From: Candidatus Latescibacterota bacterium
GTDB lineage: Bacteria > Latescibacterota > UBA2968 > GCA-2709665
NCBI GenBank assembly: GCA_965219995.1
Contig: CBDCOX010000002.1
Coordinates: 3,872,001 to 3,936,000 of the forward strand
Reading direction: 5' to 3'
DNA length: 64,000 bases
In this document: in pieces, positions 27,601 through 36,904 of the stretch
Layout: each line of letters begins with the position of its first letter
Numbering within the stretch: position 1 is the stretch's first letter
Translations under genes and position numbers: made by a program
Notes under the pieces: generated by a model
What the model saw: the letters and a program-made list of their open reading frames with translations, nothing else
Told to the model about the DNA's origin: nothing
Database searches by the model: none

Positions 27601-27646
27601 GTACATCGGTACGTGGTTGGCATATATCGAATATCGTTGGCGCCAT
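24596..27646 (-). CDS. DUF499-family AAA+ ATPase
   Basis: FAADL..V, FFANTYPT.GL, YGGGKTH.LIAL.H, LLDEL, YPLHP and FQRVRGMLR motifs. ATG 27646 follows GGGAGG. Confidence 0.93.
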   Translation of the reverse strand: MAPTIFDICQPRTDVLEGTITEADFAADLAQVITGEGNAEYLDPARFFANTYPTRGLKNLLENVCQRLSGTGGEVASIFRLDTSYGGGKTHGLIALCHAARGMEGVSDIAEFVDPTILPQTRVRIAAFDGENADPANGRRMSEGLFAYTPWGEIAYALAGEDGYERVRKSDESRIAPGAGTLRELFGHEPVLILLDELSVYLRKVRNIEDARFQLTAFLTSLFKAVESVPNAVLVYTLAIGKDGRATDAYNEENQFIADNMAEAESVSARKATLLNPTEEDETVQVLRRRLFESIDETRIPAIVDAYKACWMANRDDLHDDANRAETVETLGSTYPLHPEILSTLTGKTATLGNFQRVRGMLRLLARTISHLWTEKPKDATAIHLHHVNPGYQPIRQEIVTRLGQSAYNPAITNDIAAGPVEKKALAEDIDARDHAGLPPYTVYVARTVFMHTLAFNDPLKGISQEQLRYSIVGPTIDISFVEVARRKFIAESAYLDDRPGAPMRFLAEANLRQIIRREEQHVDAGETRAELNDTIRDIFDNKTFETVLFPGGPFDVPDEVGDGRPKLAVLAYDGLTIGGSVDEVPELIDRIFSRKGSEGSALRALRNNLVFVVADETRKEDMRRMASRRLALQELKKPERMKDLVEHQQAKVRELEARSEHELAIAVQQCYRHVFYPSRNRIGASDTDLGHTAIDIQSASDRPGAGQKQVVRALRDLNKLRLSEDQPDSPAYVRDRTPLKKGQLTTLALREEFRRDPALPILIGDDIYIRGIRRGIEQGEYVYQRGELLFGQGDPVAAIMIDEQAVVFTMAYAENTGIWPRSPAGGQENETEEEHSAVPTGQITGSRESLHRSPIKPYSAGDGSESFSAEGILKEALVQLWEQARAKEVEAIGELSINLFEASDAFRIFGAVGGISGAEKVVKLTGGYETTERGSLELEFQGSVSDAQPVKEFLEPQLRAASTKSIDTAFQIRFELGLPLRGDAAEKITERLTRFASGGAYVSATARIEESDGAT

Positions 27647-27983
27647 CGTTTCGTTTCCCTCCCACCGTCGAGTGGGGTGCTTCCCATAGAACGGTTCTAT
27701 ACTCGATCTACTCTGCCGCGCGGGGTACGGACATAAATCCGATTGTCGTGGCGATAATTCATGAAAATCGGTAATCTTCTGGGGACGATATGTTGGGATA
27801 AGGTTGAATTCGTCTATTATAAATGATCCGCTGGCAACTTGCAAGATGTCAGCGCACGCCTTGGACATCATAACTTATTGTCAGGAGCAGCAAATAGATG
27901 ACGTCGTATGCTCCTGCTAAGGTGGGAAGGGACTTGCCCGAACGGGGACGCTTAGCATTTCGAAGCTCCCGCGTTTCGGTACC

Positions 27984-28030
27984 TTTTTGACCCTTCGCCG
28001 ACCCTTCGACAAGCTCAGGGAGCGGTTCAA
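27984..28030. repeat. REP-like repeat, CCCTTCGACAAGCTCAGGG family
   Basis: Related to 36658-36743, 52961-53193 and 61006-61078. Confidence 0.75.
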
Positions 28031-28166
28031 GGTGCCAGGCGAATGGTGTGAGGCAATGCAAACTGTAGAGTGCTCACTGTAATAATAGACACGACATCCC
28101 AATTCGATGTCGAGTCTTTCGTGTCCGCCGACCGGCATTTCCACCGTATTCTGAGATAACACCACC

Positions 28167-28943
28167 ATGAAAATCCTCATCACCGGCGCTACGGGCGTCA
28201 TTGGCAGCAGGCTGGTACCCGCGCTCGAGGGCGAACACGAACTGCGCCTGTTGAGCCGGCGTGCGTTTCCGGGCGACTCCCGGTGGCGTCAGGTGGACGT
28301 GACGGATATCGACCAGGTCTGCGACGCCGCCGAAGGGATGGACATGGCCATCCACCTGGCCATCGCCACCGGACGGGAAGGCGACTACGAAGACGACGCC
28401 TTCAACAGCCAGCGGATGGATATCAACGTCAAGGGCACGTATCACCTGTTTGAAGCTGCGAGGCGTCAGCGGCTCAAGCGAGTGGTCTACACCAGCAGCC
28501 TGACGGTTGTCTGGGGCTATCCCCCGCCGGAATGGGTGGCGGGCGACGCGCCCGCGAAACCCGTAGGGACCTACGCCCTGACCAAGTATATGGGCGAAAA
28601 GATCGCCGAATACTATGCTGACCTGCACGGACTCTCCGCGTTGTGCATGCGCATCCCAAAGCCCTTCGATGTCGACGATCCGAAGTCGAAGGACGCATCC
28701 GTTCTGCCCCAGTGGCTCGCCTTTCCCGACCTGATTCAGGCCTACAAGCTCGCCATCGATGCGCCCGACGTCGGCTGTGAGATCATCACCCTCGTGGGCG
28801 AAAGCAGCAGGCGCCGCTGGGACCTGTCCAGGGCGGAGAAGATCATCGGATACCGACCTCGATACCGGCTGGAAGACCTGGGCTACACCCTCCGGGAAGA
28901 ACCCGACACCTACAACCGCCCCAATATCGTCACTGCCCCCTGA
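28167..28943 (+). CDS. NAD-dependent epimerase/dehydratase (uronate dehydrogenase-like)
   Basis: ITGATGVIG, YTSS and YALTK motifs. Confidence 0.88.
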   Translation: MKILITGATGVIGSRLVPALEGEHELRLLSRRAFPGDSRWRQVDVTDIDQVCDAAEGMDMAIHLAIATGREGDYEDDAFNSQRMDINVKGTYHLFEAARRQRLKRVVYTSSLTVVWGYPPPEWVAGDAPAKPVGTYALTKYMGEKIAEYYADLHGLSALCMRIPKPFDVDDPKSKDASVLPQWLAFPDLIQAYKLAIDAPDVGCEIITLVGESSRRRWDLSRAEKIIGYRPRYRLEDLGYTLREEPDTYNRPNIVTAP

Positions 28944-29098
28944 ACTCCCCTCCGCAGCCCCCGGCTCCGTTACAACTTGCCGTCCGTGCGTCTTTCTTCG
29001 TAATTTACGGGCCGCCGCCGCGTTTTCGCGCCAGGCAGTCACGTAATTCAGCGTGCGATCACGTTACGCTGATGCGCCTCGATATCCGGGAGTCGAAT

Positions 29099-29875
29099 AT
29101 GGAATCCTTACCCCTGCTTTCCGGCGACACGATGCCCGTGGTGGGCCTCGGGACCTATCCACTGAAGGGGGAACAGTGCAAGCGGGTGATCAAACAGGCC
29201 CTTGACCTCGGCTACACCCACTTCGATACGGCCTGGATCTACCGGAACCAGCGGGAGATCGGCGAAGCGCTCCGGGAGGCCGGCGTAGACAGATCCAGGC
29301 TGTTCATCACGACAAAAGTCGGTCAAGATTACCTGCGATACGACGTGGCCGTCAAACAGGCGGATGAGAATCTGCAGCTTCTCCAGTTGGACTACGTGGA
29401 TCTGCTGCTGGTACACTGGCCGCCGGATGACGTGCCGATGGAGGAAACGATCGGCGCCTTCAACACGTTCTTCGACGCGGGCAAGGCCAGAAGCATCGGT
29501 GTCAGCAATTTCTCGGTCGAGCAGATGGAAGAGGCCTGTTCCGTTTCGAAAGCGCCGATCAGCGTAAATCAGATCAAATACCATCCGGGCTATGAACTGC
29601 GCGACGTGCTGCAGTGGTGCCTGGAACACGACGTCGTCGTAACGGCGTACTCTCCGCTGGGCAAAAAGAACATCCTTCAGGACCCCGTACTGACGAATAT
29701 CGCCCGCAGCCACAACCGGACGTCCGCGCACGTCGCGCTCAGGTGGCTCGTCCAGAAGGGTATGAACGTCATCCCGAAAGCCAGTTCGGAACAGCATCTC
29801 CGGGCCAATCTGGATGTCTTCGGCTGGACCCTGTCCGAAGAGGAGATGGCGGCGATCGACGAAATGGCGAATTAG
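29099..29875 (+). CDS. Aldo/keto reductase
   Basis: GLGTY, DTAWIY.N, LVHWP, IGVSNF and IPKAS motifs. Confidence 0.93.
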   Translation: MESLPLLSGDTMPVVGLGTYPLKGEQCKRVIKQALDLGYTHFDTAWIYRNQREIGEALREAGVDRSRLFITTKVGQDYLRYDVAVKQADENLQLLQLDYVDLLLVHWPPDDVPMEETIGAFNTFFDAGKARSIGVSNFSVEQMEEACSVSKAPISVNQIKYHPGYELRDVLQWCLEHDVVVTAYSPLGKKNILQDPVLTNIARSHNRTSAHVALRWLVQKGMNVIPKASSEQHLRANLDVFGWTLSEEEMAAIDEMAN

Positions 29876-29900
29876 CCTGAATAACTCAGTAAACATGAAC

Positions 29901-29930
29901 TTACATGGATGGACAGGATGAACAGGATCC
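29901..29930. repeat. Short (CA/TG)GGAT triplet repeat
   Basis: TTACATGGATGGACAGGATGAACAGGAT. Same family at 51054-51083 and, inverted, at 8764-8790 and 8889-8907. Confidence 0.75.
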
Positions 29931-29933
29931 ACG

Positions 29934-31073
29934 ATGAGTTATGACGCCATTGTCATCGGCGGGGGCATCGTCGGGATGTCCGCCGCCTACCATCTCGTCC
30001 ACGCGGGGGCGAACACCCTGCTCGTCGACCGGAAGGATCAGGGCCGCGCCACGGACGCGGGGGCCGGTATTCTGTCTCCCGCAACCAATACGCGGGACCC
30101 GGACCCGTGGCAGCGCCTGGCCGCTCATGCCGTCGGATATTTTCCGGGACTGATCGAAAGCCTGAAAGCCGAGCAGGAGGGAGAGACCGGGTTTGCGATC
30201 TGCGGCATGATGATCGTCGCCGTATCGGACGACGAACTGGAGCCTTTCGAAATTGCCCGCCGGCACATCTTCAGCCGCCGGAGCCGGCAGGGCAGGCCCT
30301 CCGCGGAGGACCTTTACGAAATATCGTCCGACGAGGCACGCAGCCGGTTTCCCGCCCTCGCCGACGTGCAGGGGGCCATCTTCTACCGCGAGGCCGCGCG
30401 GGTGGACGGCCGCCTCCTGACGGCCGCCCTGCGCCGGGCCGCCGTGGCCGGGGGACTCACCATCCGGGAAACGGGCGTAGAAGGGCTGCGCATCGACAAC
30501 GATGCGGTCACCGGCGTCCTGACGGACGCGGGGGCCGTTTCGGCGGCTCATGTGGTTATCGCCGGCGGAGCGTGGTCGCACGCGTTCGGGCTTCAACTGG
30601 GAGTCCAGATCCCGGTGGAACCGCAGCGCGGTCAGATCATTCATCTGGGTCTTCCGGACACCGCCGATACGTCCACATGGCCCATCATCAGCGCCATTCG
30701 CGGCCACTATATGGTGCCCTGGCCGGACAACCGGGTGGTGGTGGGCGCCACGCGGGAAACCGGTTCCGGATTCGATGCCCGCACGACGGCCGCGGGTGTC
30801 CGGGAGGTGCTCGGCGAGGCGCTTCGGGTGGCGCCCGGCCTGGCCGCGGCGGAGATTCGCGAAATCCGGGTCGGTCTTCGCCCGTATACGCAGGATCTGT
30901 TGCCCGTGCTCGGCCCCGTTCCCGGCAGGAAAAACGTCTACCTGGCAACCGGCCACGGCCCCACCGGACTCCAGTTGGGGCCGTACAGCGGCAAACTTGT
31001 TGCCGACCTGATTCTGAACAGAGCCCTTTCAGTTGAACTCGATGCTTATCGAATCAATCGATTTCTGTCCTGA
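29934..31073 (+). CDS. FAD-dependent oxidoreductase (DAO/glycine oxidase family)
   Basis: VIGGGIVG, AGAW, P.RGQ, GLRP and ATGHG motifs. Confidence 0.9.
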   Translation: MSYDAIVIGGGIVGMSAAYHLVHAGANTLLVDRKDQGRATDAGAGILSPATNTRDPDPWQRLAAHAVGYFPGLIESLKAEQEGETGFAICGMMIVAVSDDELEPFEIARRHIFSRRSRQGRPSAEDLYEISSDEARSRFPALADVQGAIFYREAARVDGRLLTAALRRAAVAGGLTIRETGVEGLRIDNDAVTGVLTDAGAVSAAHVVIAGGAWSHAFGLQLGVQIPVEPQRGQIIHLGLPDTADTSTWPIISAIRGHYMVPWPDNRVVVGATRETGSGFDARTTAAGVREVLGEALRVAPGLAAAEIREIRVGLRPYTQDLLPVLGPVPGRKNVYLATGHGPTGLQLGPYSGKLVADLILNRALSVELDAYRINRFLS

Positions 31074-31141
31074 GTGACCCGACGTCCGGCAAGGTCGCGG
31101 GAGAGAATCCATACCTGAGTCAGATGAACCCGGAAAAAGCG

Positions 31142-32143
31142 ATGACCGCCCGAATCTTCAAATGTCTGGTCGTCCGCGATGAGGACGGCAGGTACGCCCG
31201 GCACGTGGATCGCCGTCCCGTCAACGATCTTCCGGACGGTGACGTCCTCATCAGGGTCCACTATTCGTCCCTGAACTACAAGGACGCGCTTTCGGCCACC
31301 GGCCACCGCGGCGTCACCCGACACTATCCGCATACGCCCGGCATCGACGCCGCGGGCGTTGTGGAATCAAGTACGGACGCGCGCTTCAACCCCGGCGATG
31401 AAGTCATCGTCACCAGCTACGACCTGGGCGTGAACACGCCCGGCGGGTTCGGCCAGTACATCCGCGTGCCGGCCGATTGGATCGTGCCCCTTCCCGCTGG
31501 TCTTGCCTTGCGCGAATCGATGGTCTACGGGACCGCCGGATTTACCGCCGCCATGTCGGTACACAGACTCGAAGGCCATGGCGTCGTTCCGGACACCGGC
31601 GAGATTCTGGTTACGGGCGCCACGGGCGGTGTGGGCAGCCTGGCCGTCGCAATCCTCGCCGGGCTGGGTTACAAGGTGGTCGCGGCCACCGGCAAACCCG
31701 ACAGGAAGCAGTTCCTGCTCGACATCGGCGCGGCCGAAGTCGTGTCCCGCGGTGAGGTCGACGATTCCGGCGGGCGCCCGCTCCTGGCGGAACGCTGGGC
31801 AGGCGTCGTGGATACGGCCGGCGGTAATATCCTGGCAACCGCCATCAAGGCGACGCGCAGCCGGGGAATTGTGACGTGCTGCGGTCTCGTCGCTTCCGCG
31901 GAACTGAGCGTCAGCGTCTTCCCGTTCATCCTGCGAGGCGTCAGCCTGACGGGGATCGACTCCGCCGAGTGCCCAATGCCGGAGAGAACATCCCTCTGGA
32001 AAAAGATCGCGGGCCCCTGGAAGATCGACGCGCTGGACGACCTGGCAACGGAACGCACGCTTGAAACGCTCGATCCGGAGATTCAACGCATCCTCAAGGG
32101 CGAACAGACGGGCAGGGTCGTCGTCAACCTGACTGAAGAATGA
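31142..32143 (+). CDS. YhdH/AcuI-type quinone oxidoreductase (acryloyl-CoA reductase family)
   Basis: YSSLNYKDAL, GTAGFTAA, TGATGGVGS and PFILRGV.L.GIDS motifs. Confidence 0.9.
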   Translation: MTARIFKCLVVRDEDGRYARHVDRRPVNDLPDGDVLIRVHYSSLNYKDALSATGHRGVTRHYPHTPGIDAAGVVESSTDARFNPGDEVIVTSYDLGVNTPGGFGQYIRVPADWIVPLPAGLALRESMVYGTAGFTAAMSVHRLEGHGVVPDTGEILVTGATGGVGSLAVAILAGLGYKVVAATGKPDRKQFLLDIGAAEVVSRGEVDDSGGRPLLAERWAGVVDTAGGNILATAIKATRSRGIVTCCGLVASAELSVSVFPFILRGVSLTGIDSAECPMPERTSLWKKIAGPWKIDALDDLATERTLETLDPEIQRILKGEQTGRVVVNLTEE

Positions 32144-33141
32144 ACCGCGCGAAGATCGGCGTTATCGGCCTCGGTCGATTCGGCGTCCAGCACGCCCGCG
32201 TCCTGGCCCAGCTGCCGCAGGTGGAACTGACCGCGGTCTGCTCGCGCTCTGCCGAACGCGCCGCGTGCGTCGCCTCAACATATAATGTACCAGGGCATTA
32301 TACCGACTATCGCGACCTGATACGTGACCCCGACGTCGAGGCGATCGACATCGTCACGGAAGTGGACCGGCACACCGAGATCGCCCTCGCCGCGCTTCGT
32401 CTGCACAAACACGTCTTCAGCGAAATCCTGCTGACCGACAGTCCGGATGAGAACGACCGGCTCGTCGAAGAGGCGGAAAAAAGCGGCGCCGTGTTCATGG
32501 TCGGCTTCCTCGAGCGGTTCGACGTGCGGCGCGCCAACATCAAACGGAAAATCGACGCGGGTGAACTCGGCGAACTCGTCTCCATCTACGGCCGTCGCAA
32601 TATCTGGCGCGGCATCCTGGACGCGCCGCGATTCAAGCCCTGGCCGCTCGTGCTGCAGCCAGGGATTCACACCGTCGACCAATTGCTCTGGATGGCCGGA
32701 GAGGACGTCCGGGAAGTCTATGCCCGATCGCGCAGCATGGCGGAGCCGGGCCGCCCGGATACGTGGTGGGCCATGCTCACTTTCGAGAGCGGTCTCGTCG
32801 GCGTCATCGAGCAGAGTTTCTTCATGCCCGACGGGCGGCTCTACTGGTCCAACGCGGGCCTGGAAGTGGTCGGCACGGACGGGACGGCTCACATTACCGA
32901 ACCGAACGACGCCTCCTGGGTCTGGACCCGCGACGCGACGTCCAGCCCGGATCTCTATCTCTCGCCGGAACTCCATGGCAGGATCGTCGGCGCGCTGGAG
33001 CAGGAACTCGCCCACTTCGCCGACTGCGTCATCGGAGGTCGGGATCCGCAACAGGGGACATTGCAGGACGCGCGCAATGCCCTGAAGGTGGGTCTGGCCA
33101 TCGTGGAATCCGCGCGCGAACAACGGGCGGTTCATTTATAG
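32140..33141 (+). CDS. Gfo/Idh/MocA oxidoreductase
   Basis: IGVIGLGRFG, MVGF.ERF and IH.VD motifs. ATGA overlap with the upstream gene. Confidence 0.88.
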   Translation: MNRAKIGVIGLGRFGVQHARVLAQLPQVELTAVCSRSAERAACVASTYNVPGHYTDYRDLIRDPDVEAIDIVTEVDRHTEIALAALRLHKHVFSEILLTDSPDENDRLVEEAEKSGAVFMVGFLERFDVRRANIKRKIDAGELGELVSIYGRRNIWRGILDAPRFKPWPLVLQPGIHTVDQLLWMAGEDVREVYARSRSMAEPGRPDTWWAMLTFESGLVGVIEQSFFMPDGRLYWSNAGLEVVGTDGTAHITEPNDASWVWTRDATSSPDLYLSPELHGRIVGALEQELAHFADCVIGGRDPQQGTLQDARNALKVGLAIVESAREQRAVHL

Positions 33142-33157
33142 GCAGGGAGGAGACCTA

Positions 33158-34462
33158 ATGACGTCCAGCGACACGTACCGGATCGGCGTGGCCGGTGAAG
33201 ACATCACACCGCCGGTGGGCATCTACCTGGCCGGGTTCGCCGCCCGCACGGACCCCTCCACGGCCGTTTATCATCCCCTGAAAGTCAACGCCATCGCCAT
33301 AGACGACGGCAGCGATCCGCTGCTCATCGTCAGCGCCGAAATCCTGGGTTTCTACGAACACACGCCGCATGTCCGGTCCCGCATTTCGGCGGCGACGGGT
33401 ATCGCTTCTTCAAACGTCATTCTGAGCGGGTCCCACACCCACTGCGGTCCCTGCATCCGCGACATGGACCGGCATCGCCACGGCGACCTGGACGAGAATT
33501 ATATCGCGGATCTCTTCGAGAAGGTCACCCGTTGCGCGGCAACCGCGTGGGAAGGCCGGTCGCCCGCCCGGCTTCGTTTCGGGACCGGGAAGTGCGATAT
33601 CGCCGTATCCCGCCGGAAACCCGATGGGAAGGGCGGCGTTGAGTGGAAACCCGGCGCCGAAGCGCCACACGACCACGACGTGGCGGTTATGGTCGTCGAA
33701 TCTCCCCGCGGTGAGCGCCGAAGCGTCATCTTCAACTACGCGTGCCATCCCACCAGCCGGGCCGGCACGCTCATCGGCGGCGACTATGTCTGTTTCGCCT
33801 GCGACCAGGTGGAATCGATGTACCCGGGCGTCACCGCGTTCTTCCTCCAGGGCTGCGCGGGAGACCAGAAAACAAAACCGGTCGACCCCGCGTCGGATGC
33901 CTTCGGACACCGGACGATCGATGAAATCCGCGACATCGGCGTCCAGCTGGGCGAAACCGTGGCCGGCGTTGTCGCGTCGGACGCCCTCGAGCCGGTCGAC
34001 GGCCCGATCTCCGTGAGTCAGACCGTTCTCGGCCTGGATACCGAACCCGTCGACATGGACCTCGTGAAGGCCGGCCTGAACGACAACCGGGCGTTTGTGC
34101 AGGCCTGGGCCCGCCATCTGTTTGAATGCGTCGAAAACGATACTCCGGTCGCGACCAGCATTCCGTTTGAAATCCAGACCGTGCGTTTCGGAAACACGCT
34201 GGCGGTCGTCACGCTCGCGGGGGAGATGACCGTCGAACACGGCCTGCGCCTGAAACGGGAACTGGGCCCGCATTTCGACAACGTCTTGATTCTGGCGTAC
34301 ACCAATGACATCGTCGGTTACGTACCCGTCAGACGCCAGATTCCCGAGGGCGGCTACGAAGTCTGGTTCAGCCAGCAGTACTGGAAACGTACGGGACCCT
34401 ACGTGGCCGCCACCGAAGACCGGATTCACGCCGCCGTGAGCCGGGCTCTCGACATCACATAG
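33158..34462 (+). CDS. Neutral/alkaline ceramidase-like hydrolase
   Basis: DITPP.G, SHTHCGP, NYACHP, QGCAGD and GYVP...GGYE motifs. Confidence 0.85.
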   Translation: MTSSDTYRIGVAGEDITPPVGIYLAGFAARTDPSTAVYHPLKVNAIAIDDGSDPLLIVSAEILGFYEHTPHVRSRISAATGIASSNVILSGSHTHCGPCIRDMDRHRHGDLDENYIADLFEKVTRCAATAWEGRSPARLRFGTGKCDIAVSRRKPDGKGGVEWKPGAEAPHDHDVAVMVVESPRGERRSVIFNYACHPTSRAGTLIGGDYVCFACDQVESMYPGVTAFFLQGCAGDQKTKPVDPASDAFGHRTIDEIRDIGVQLGETVAGVVASDALEPVDGPISVSQTVLGLDTEPVDMDLVKAGLNDNRAFVQAWARHLFECVENDTPVATSIPFEIQTVRFGNTLAVVTLAGEMTVEHGLRLKRELGPHFDNVLILAYTNDIVGYVPVRRQIPEGGYEVWFSQQYWKRTGPYVAATEDRIHAAVSRALDIT

Positions 34463-34506
34463 GATTGGAAAGGCCGAAACAATCCTGCATCTCCGGCTCG
34501 GCCGAT

Positions 34507-36414
34507 ATGACAGACGCGTTGCCCGAAATCGCCCTGGTCCAGATGGACGTGAAGCCGGCGCGGCCGGACCTGAACGTGGAGCGGATGCTGCGTTACATCG
34601 ACAGGGCGCGGGAGGCGGGCGCGGAACTGGTCGTCTTTTCGGAACTCTGCATTCCCGGCTACATCCTGGGCGACCTGTGGGAGGTGGACGCGCTCGTCGA
34701 GGATTTCGCGGCGTACAGCGATACGATCCGGGAGGCAAGCCACGACATTGTCGTACTGTTCGGCAACGTGGCGGTGGACCGGGCGAACATCGGCGAGGAC
34801 GGCCGGATACGCAAGTACAATGCCGTCCACGTCTGCGCGGACCGCCGCTACGTGGCGCGCGAAAACGTCCCGGCCGGGCTGCCGCCGGGCGTACAGCCCA
34901 AGACGCTGCATCCGAACTACCGGTTCTTCGACGACGACCGCCATTTCTACTCGCTCCGGAAACTCGCCGATGACCGCGGGAGGTCGGTTTACGACTGGAT
35001 TGCGCCGTTCGAGGTCCGCCTAAGGGACGGCCGGACGTTCCGCTTCGGCGTGCAACTCTGCGAGGATATCTGGTGCCAGGACTACGGTTATGCGGACGAT
35101 ATCCTGGATACGCTGCGCGTCTTCCACGAACGCGGGGCACAGGCGCTGTTCAATCTGTCCTCGTCCCCCTGGACCTGGCAGAAGAACGTGAAGCGAAACC
35201 GGGTCGTCCGGGAGATACTGCGGCGTTCACCCCTTCCCGTCTTCTACTGCAACCACGTGGGGGCGCAGAACAACGGCAAGAACATCATCGTCTTCGACGG
35301 CGATACGACGGTCTATTCCCCCGGGGGCGACATTCTGCGCCGCGCACGTCCCTGGCGGGAGCAGATGGTCCTGAGCCGGGGCGGAAACCCACCGGCTGCC
35401 TCCCAGGACGAGATCGCCGCGATCCTCGATGCCATCCTGACCGGGTTGCGGCATCTGGACGACGTCCGCGAGAAGGAGAACCGGTTTCTGGTTGGCGTCA
35501 GCGGGGGCATCGACTCGAGCGTGGCGGTATCCATCCTCGCGCAGGCCTTCGGGCCCGAACGGGTGTTTGCGGTGAATATGCCCACGCGGTTCAACGCATC
35601 CATCACCCGGAATAACGCGAAGCAGGTCTGCCGTACCCTCGAAGTGGATTATCTGAGTTGCCCGATCCAGGACCTGTACGAGGCCCTGTCCGAGAAGATA
35701 AAGGACATGCGCTTTTCCAGGTCGCCGGGCGACTATACCCGCCTGGTCGACGAGAACCTGCAGGCGCGCATCCGGGGCGCGGATATCCTGCCCGCGCTGG
35801 CCGCGAAGTTCGGACTGGTCTTCACCAACAACGGCAACAAGACCGAAACAGCGCTGGGTTACGCCACGCTCTACGGGGACGTGAACGGCGCCGTGGCCCC
35901 GATTGCGGACCTCTACAAAGTGCAGGTTTATGAACTTGCGCGGTTCTTGAACGGGGAGGTGTTCGGCAGGGAGGTCGTTCCGGACAACCTGATCAGCGGG
36001 GAGACGGTACCCAGCGCGGAGCTGTCGGACGCCCAGGACGTGACCCGGGGCCTGGGGGACCCGATCAAGTACGGTTACCACGATGCCGTCCTGCGCCAGA
36101 TCATCGAATACCGGAAAGATCCGGTCGATTTTCTGCAATGGTTCGTGGACGGCGTCCTGCTGAACGAGATCGGGTGGAACGACAGGGAACAATTCCAGGC
36201 CTGGTTCCCCGACGTGAACGGCTGGATAGATGACCTGGAATGGGTCGCGCGGCAGCTGAGGATCAACTATTTCAAGCGCGTCCAGGCGCCGCCGATCATC
36301 GTGCTCAGCAAACGCGCCTTCGGGTTCGACCTTCGCGAAAGCCAGTTGCCGTCCTATCAAACACGGCGATATGGAGAATTGAAAGAGCTGGCGCTCCAGA
36401 TGGAAATACCTTAA
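34507..36414 (+). CDS. nadE: Glutamine-dependent NAD+ synthetase
   Basis: Nitrilase domain (FSEL, K, CEDIW) plus SGGIDS, ENLQARIRG, NKTE...GY.TLYGD and PSAEL. Confidence 0.93.
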   Translation: MTDALPEIALVQMDVKPARPDLNVERMLRYIDRAREAGAELVVFSELCIPGYILGDLWEVDALVEDFAAYSDTIREASHDIVVLFGNVAVDRANIGEDGRIRKYNAVHVCADRRYVARENVPAGLPPGVQPKTLHPNYRFFDDDRHFYSLRKLADDRGRSVYDWIAPFEVRLRDGRTFRFGVQLCEDIWCQDYGYADDILDTLRVFHERGAQALFNLSSSPWTWQKNVKRNRVVREILRRSPLPVFYCNHVGAQNNGKNIIVFDGDTTVYSPGGDILRRARPWREQMVLSRGGNPPAASQDEIAAILDAILTGLRHLDDVREKENRFLVGVSGGIDSSVAVSILAQAFGPERVFAVNMPTRFNASITRNNAKQVCRTLEVDYLSCPIQDLYEALSEKIKDMRFSRSPGDYTRLVDENLQARIRGADILPALAAKFGLVFTNNGNKTETALGYATLYGDVNGAVAPIADLYKVQVYELARFLNGEVFGREVVPDNLISGETVPSAELSDAQDVTRGLGDPIKYGYHDAVLRQIIEYRKDPVDFLQWFVDGVLLNEIGWNDREQFQAWFPDVNGWIDDLEWVARQLRINYFKRVQAPPIIVLSKRAFGFDLRESQLPSYQTRRYGELKELALQMEIP

Positions 36415-36872
36415 AGCGGGGAGACGGTAGAGGGTAGACGGGAGATGACATCCTTGCCCGATTGGATCGGCCTTATTGCCTCCGGCATGAGATGATACCG
36501 CAAGGGGCGATAAAAGCGTTGAGACGGAAGACGGTAGACAAGGTGAAAACCAACGACGATCTCCACTCATGTCTTGAGCTTAACGTAACGCGACTTCGGG
36601 ATGTTTAGCCGCAAATGAATAGGTGGGAGTTGACGCGCGCCCGTTAGACGGTCTAATCACTCCCCCCTTGAGGGGGAGTCGCAGAAGCCGAGCCGGTCCC
36701 TGAGCTTGTCGAAGGGCGGCGACGGCTGATGCGGTGGGGGGATTTCAGGAAATACAGTGGTCAGCGTTCAGCTTGAAGCAAGAGCTAAAAGCCAAACAGA
36801 AGAACACTTACATAAGGCACATCGCAAATCCGTTGCAAGGCGGGTTGTCATCTCCCGTCTTCCGTCTCCCCG
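36413..36872. repeat. Composite intergenic element: inverted heptamer-rich ends with a nested REP-like unit
   Basis: 36413-36451 faces 36846-36872 (TGTCATCTCCCGTCTTCCGTCTCCCCG). The inner 36658-36743 matches both ends of 52961-53193. Confidence 0.75.
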
Positions 36873-36904
36873 AATCTGGAGATTTGTCAACGAGGTGAAC
36901 CGGA

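Larger units (their letters stand above)
12897..27710 (-). other. Anti-phage defence island (DUF499 restriction-like system with nested Menshen-like module)
   Basis: Nine co-oriented genes, visibly more AT-rich than the flanks. A truncated gene lies at the left edge and a REP-like repeat at the right edge. Confidence 0.85.

Noticed and set aside
12897-27646. Canonical BREX or type I/III RM system
   Set aside because: No PglZ, BrxL, HsdS or Res/Mod pair. The motifs fit the DUF499/DUF1156 architecture instead.
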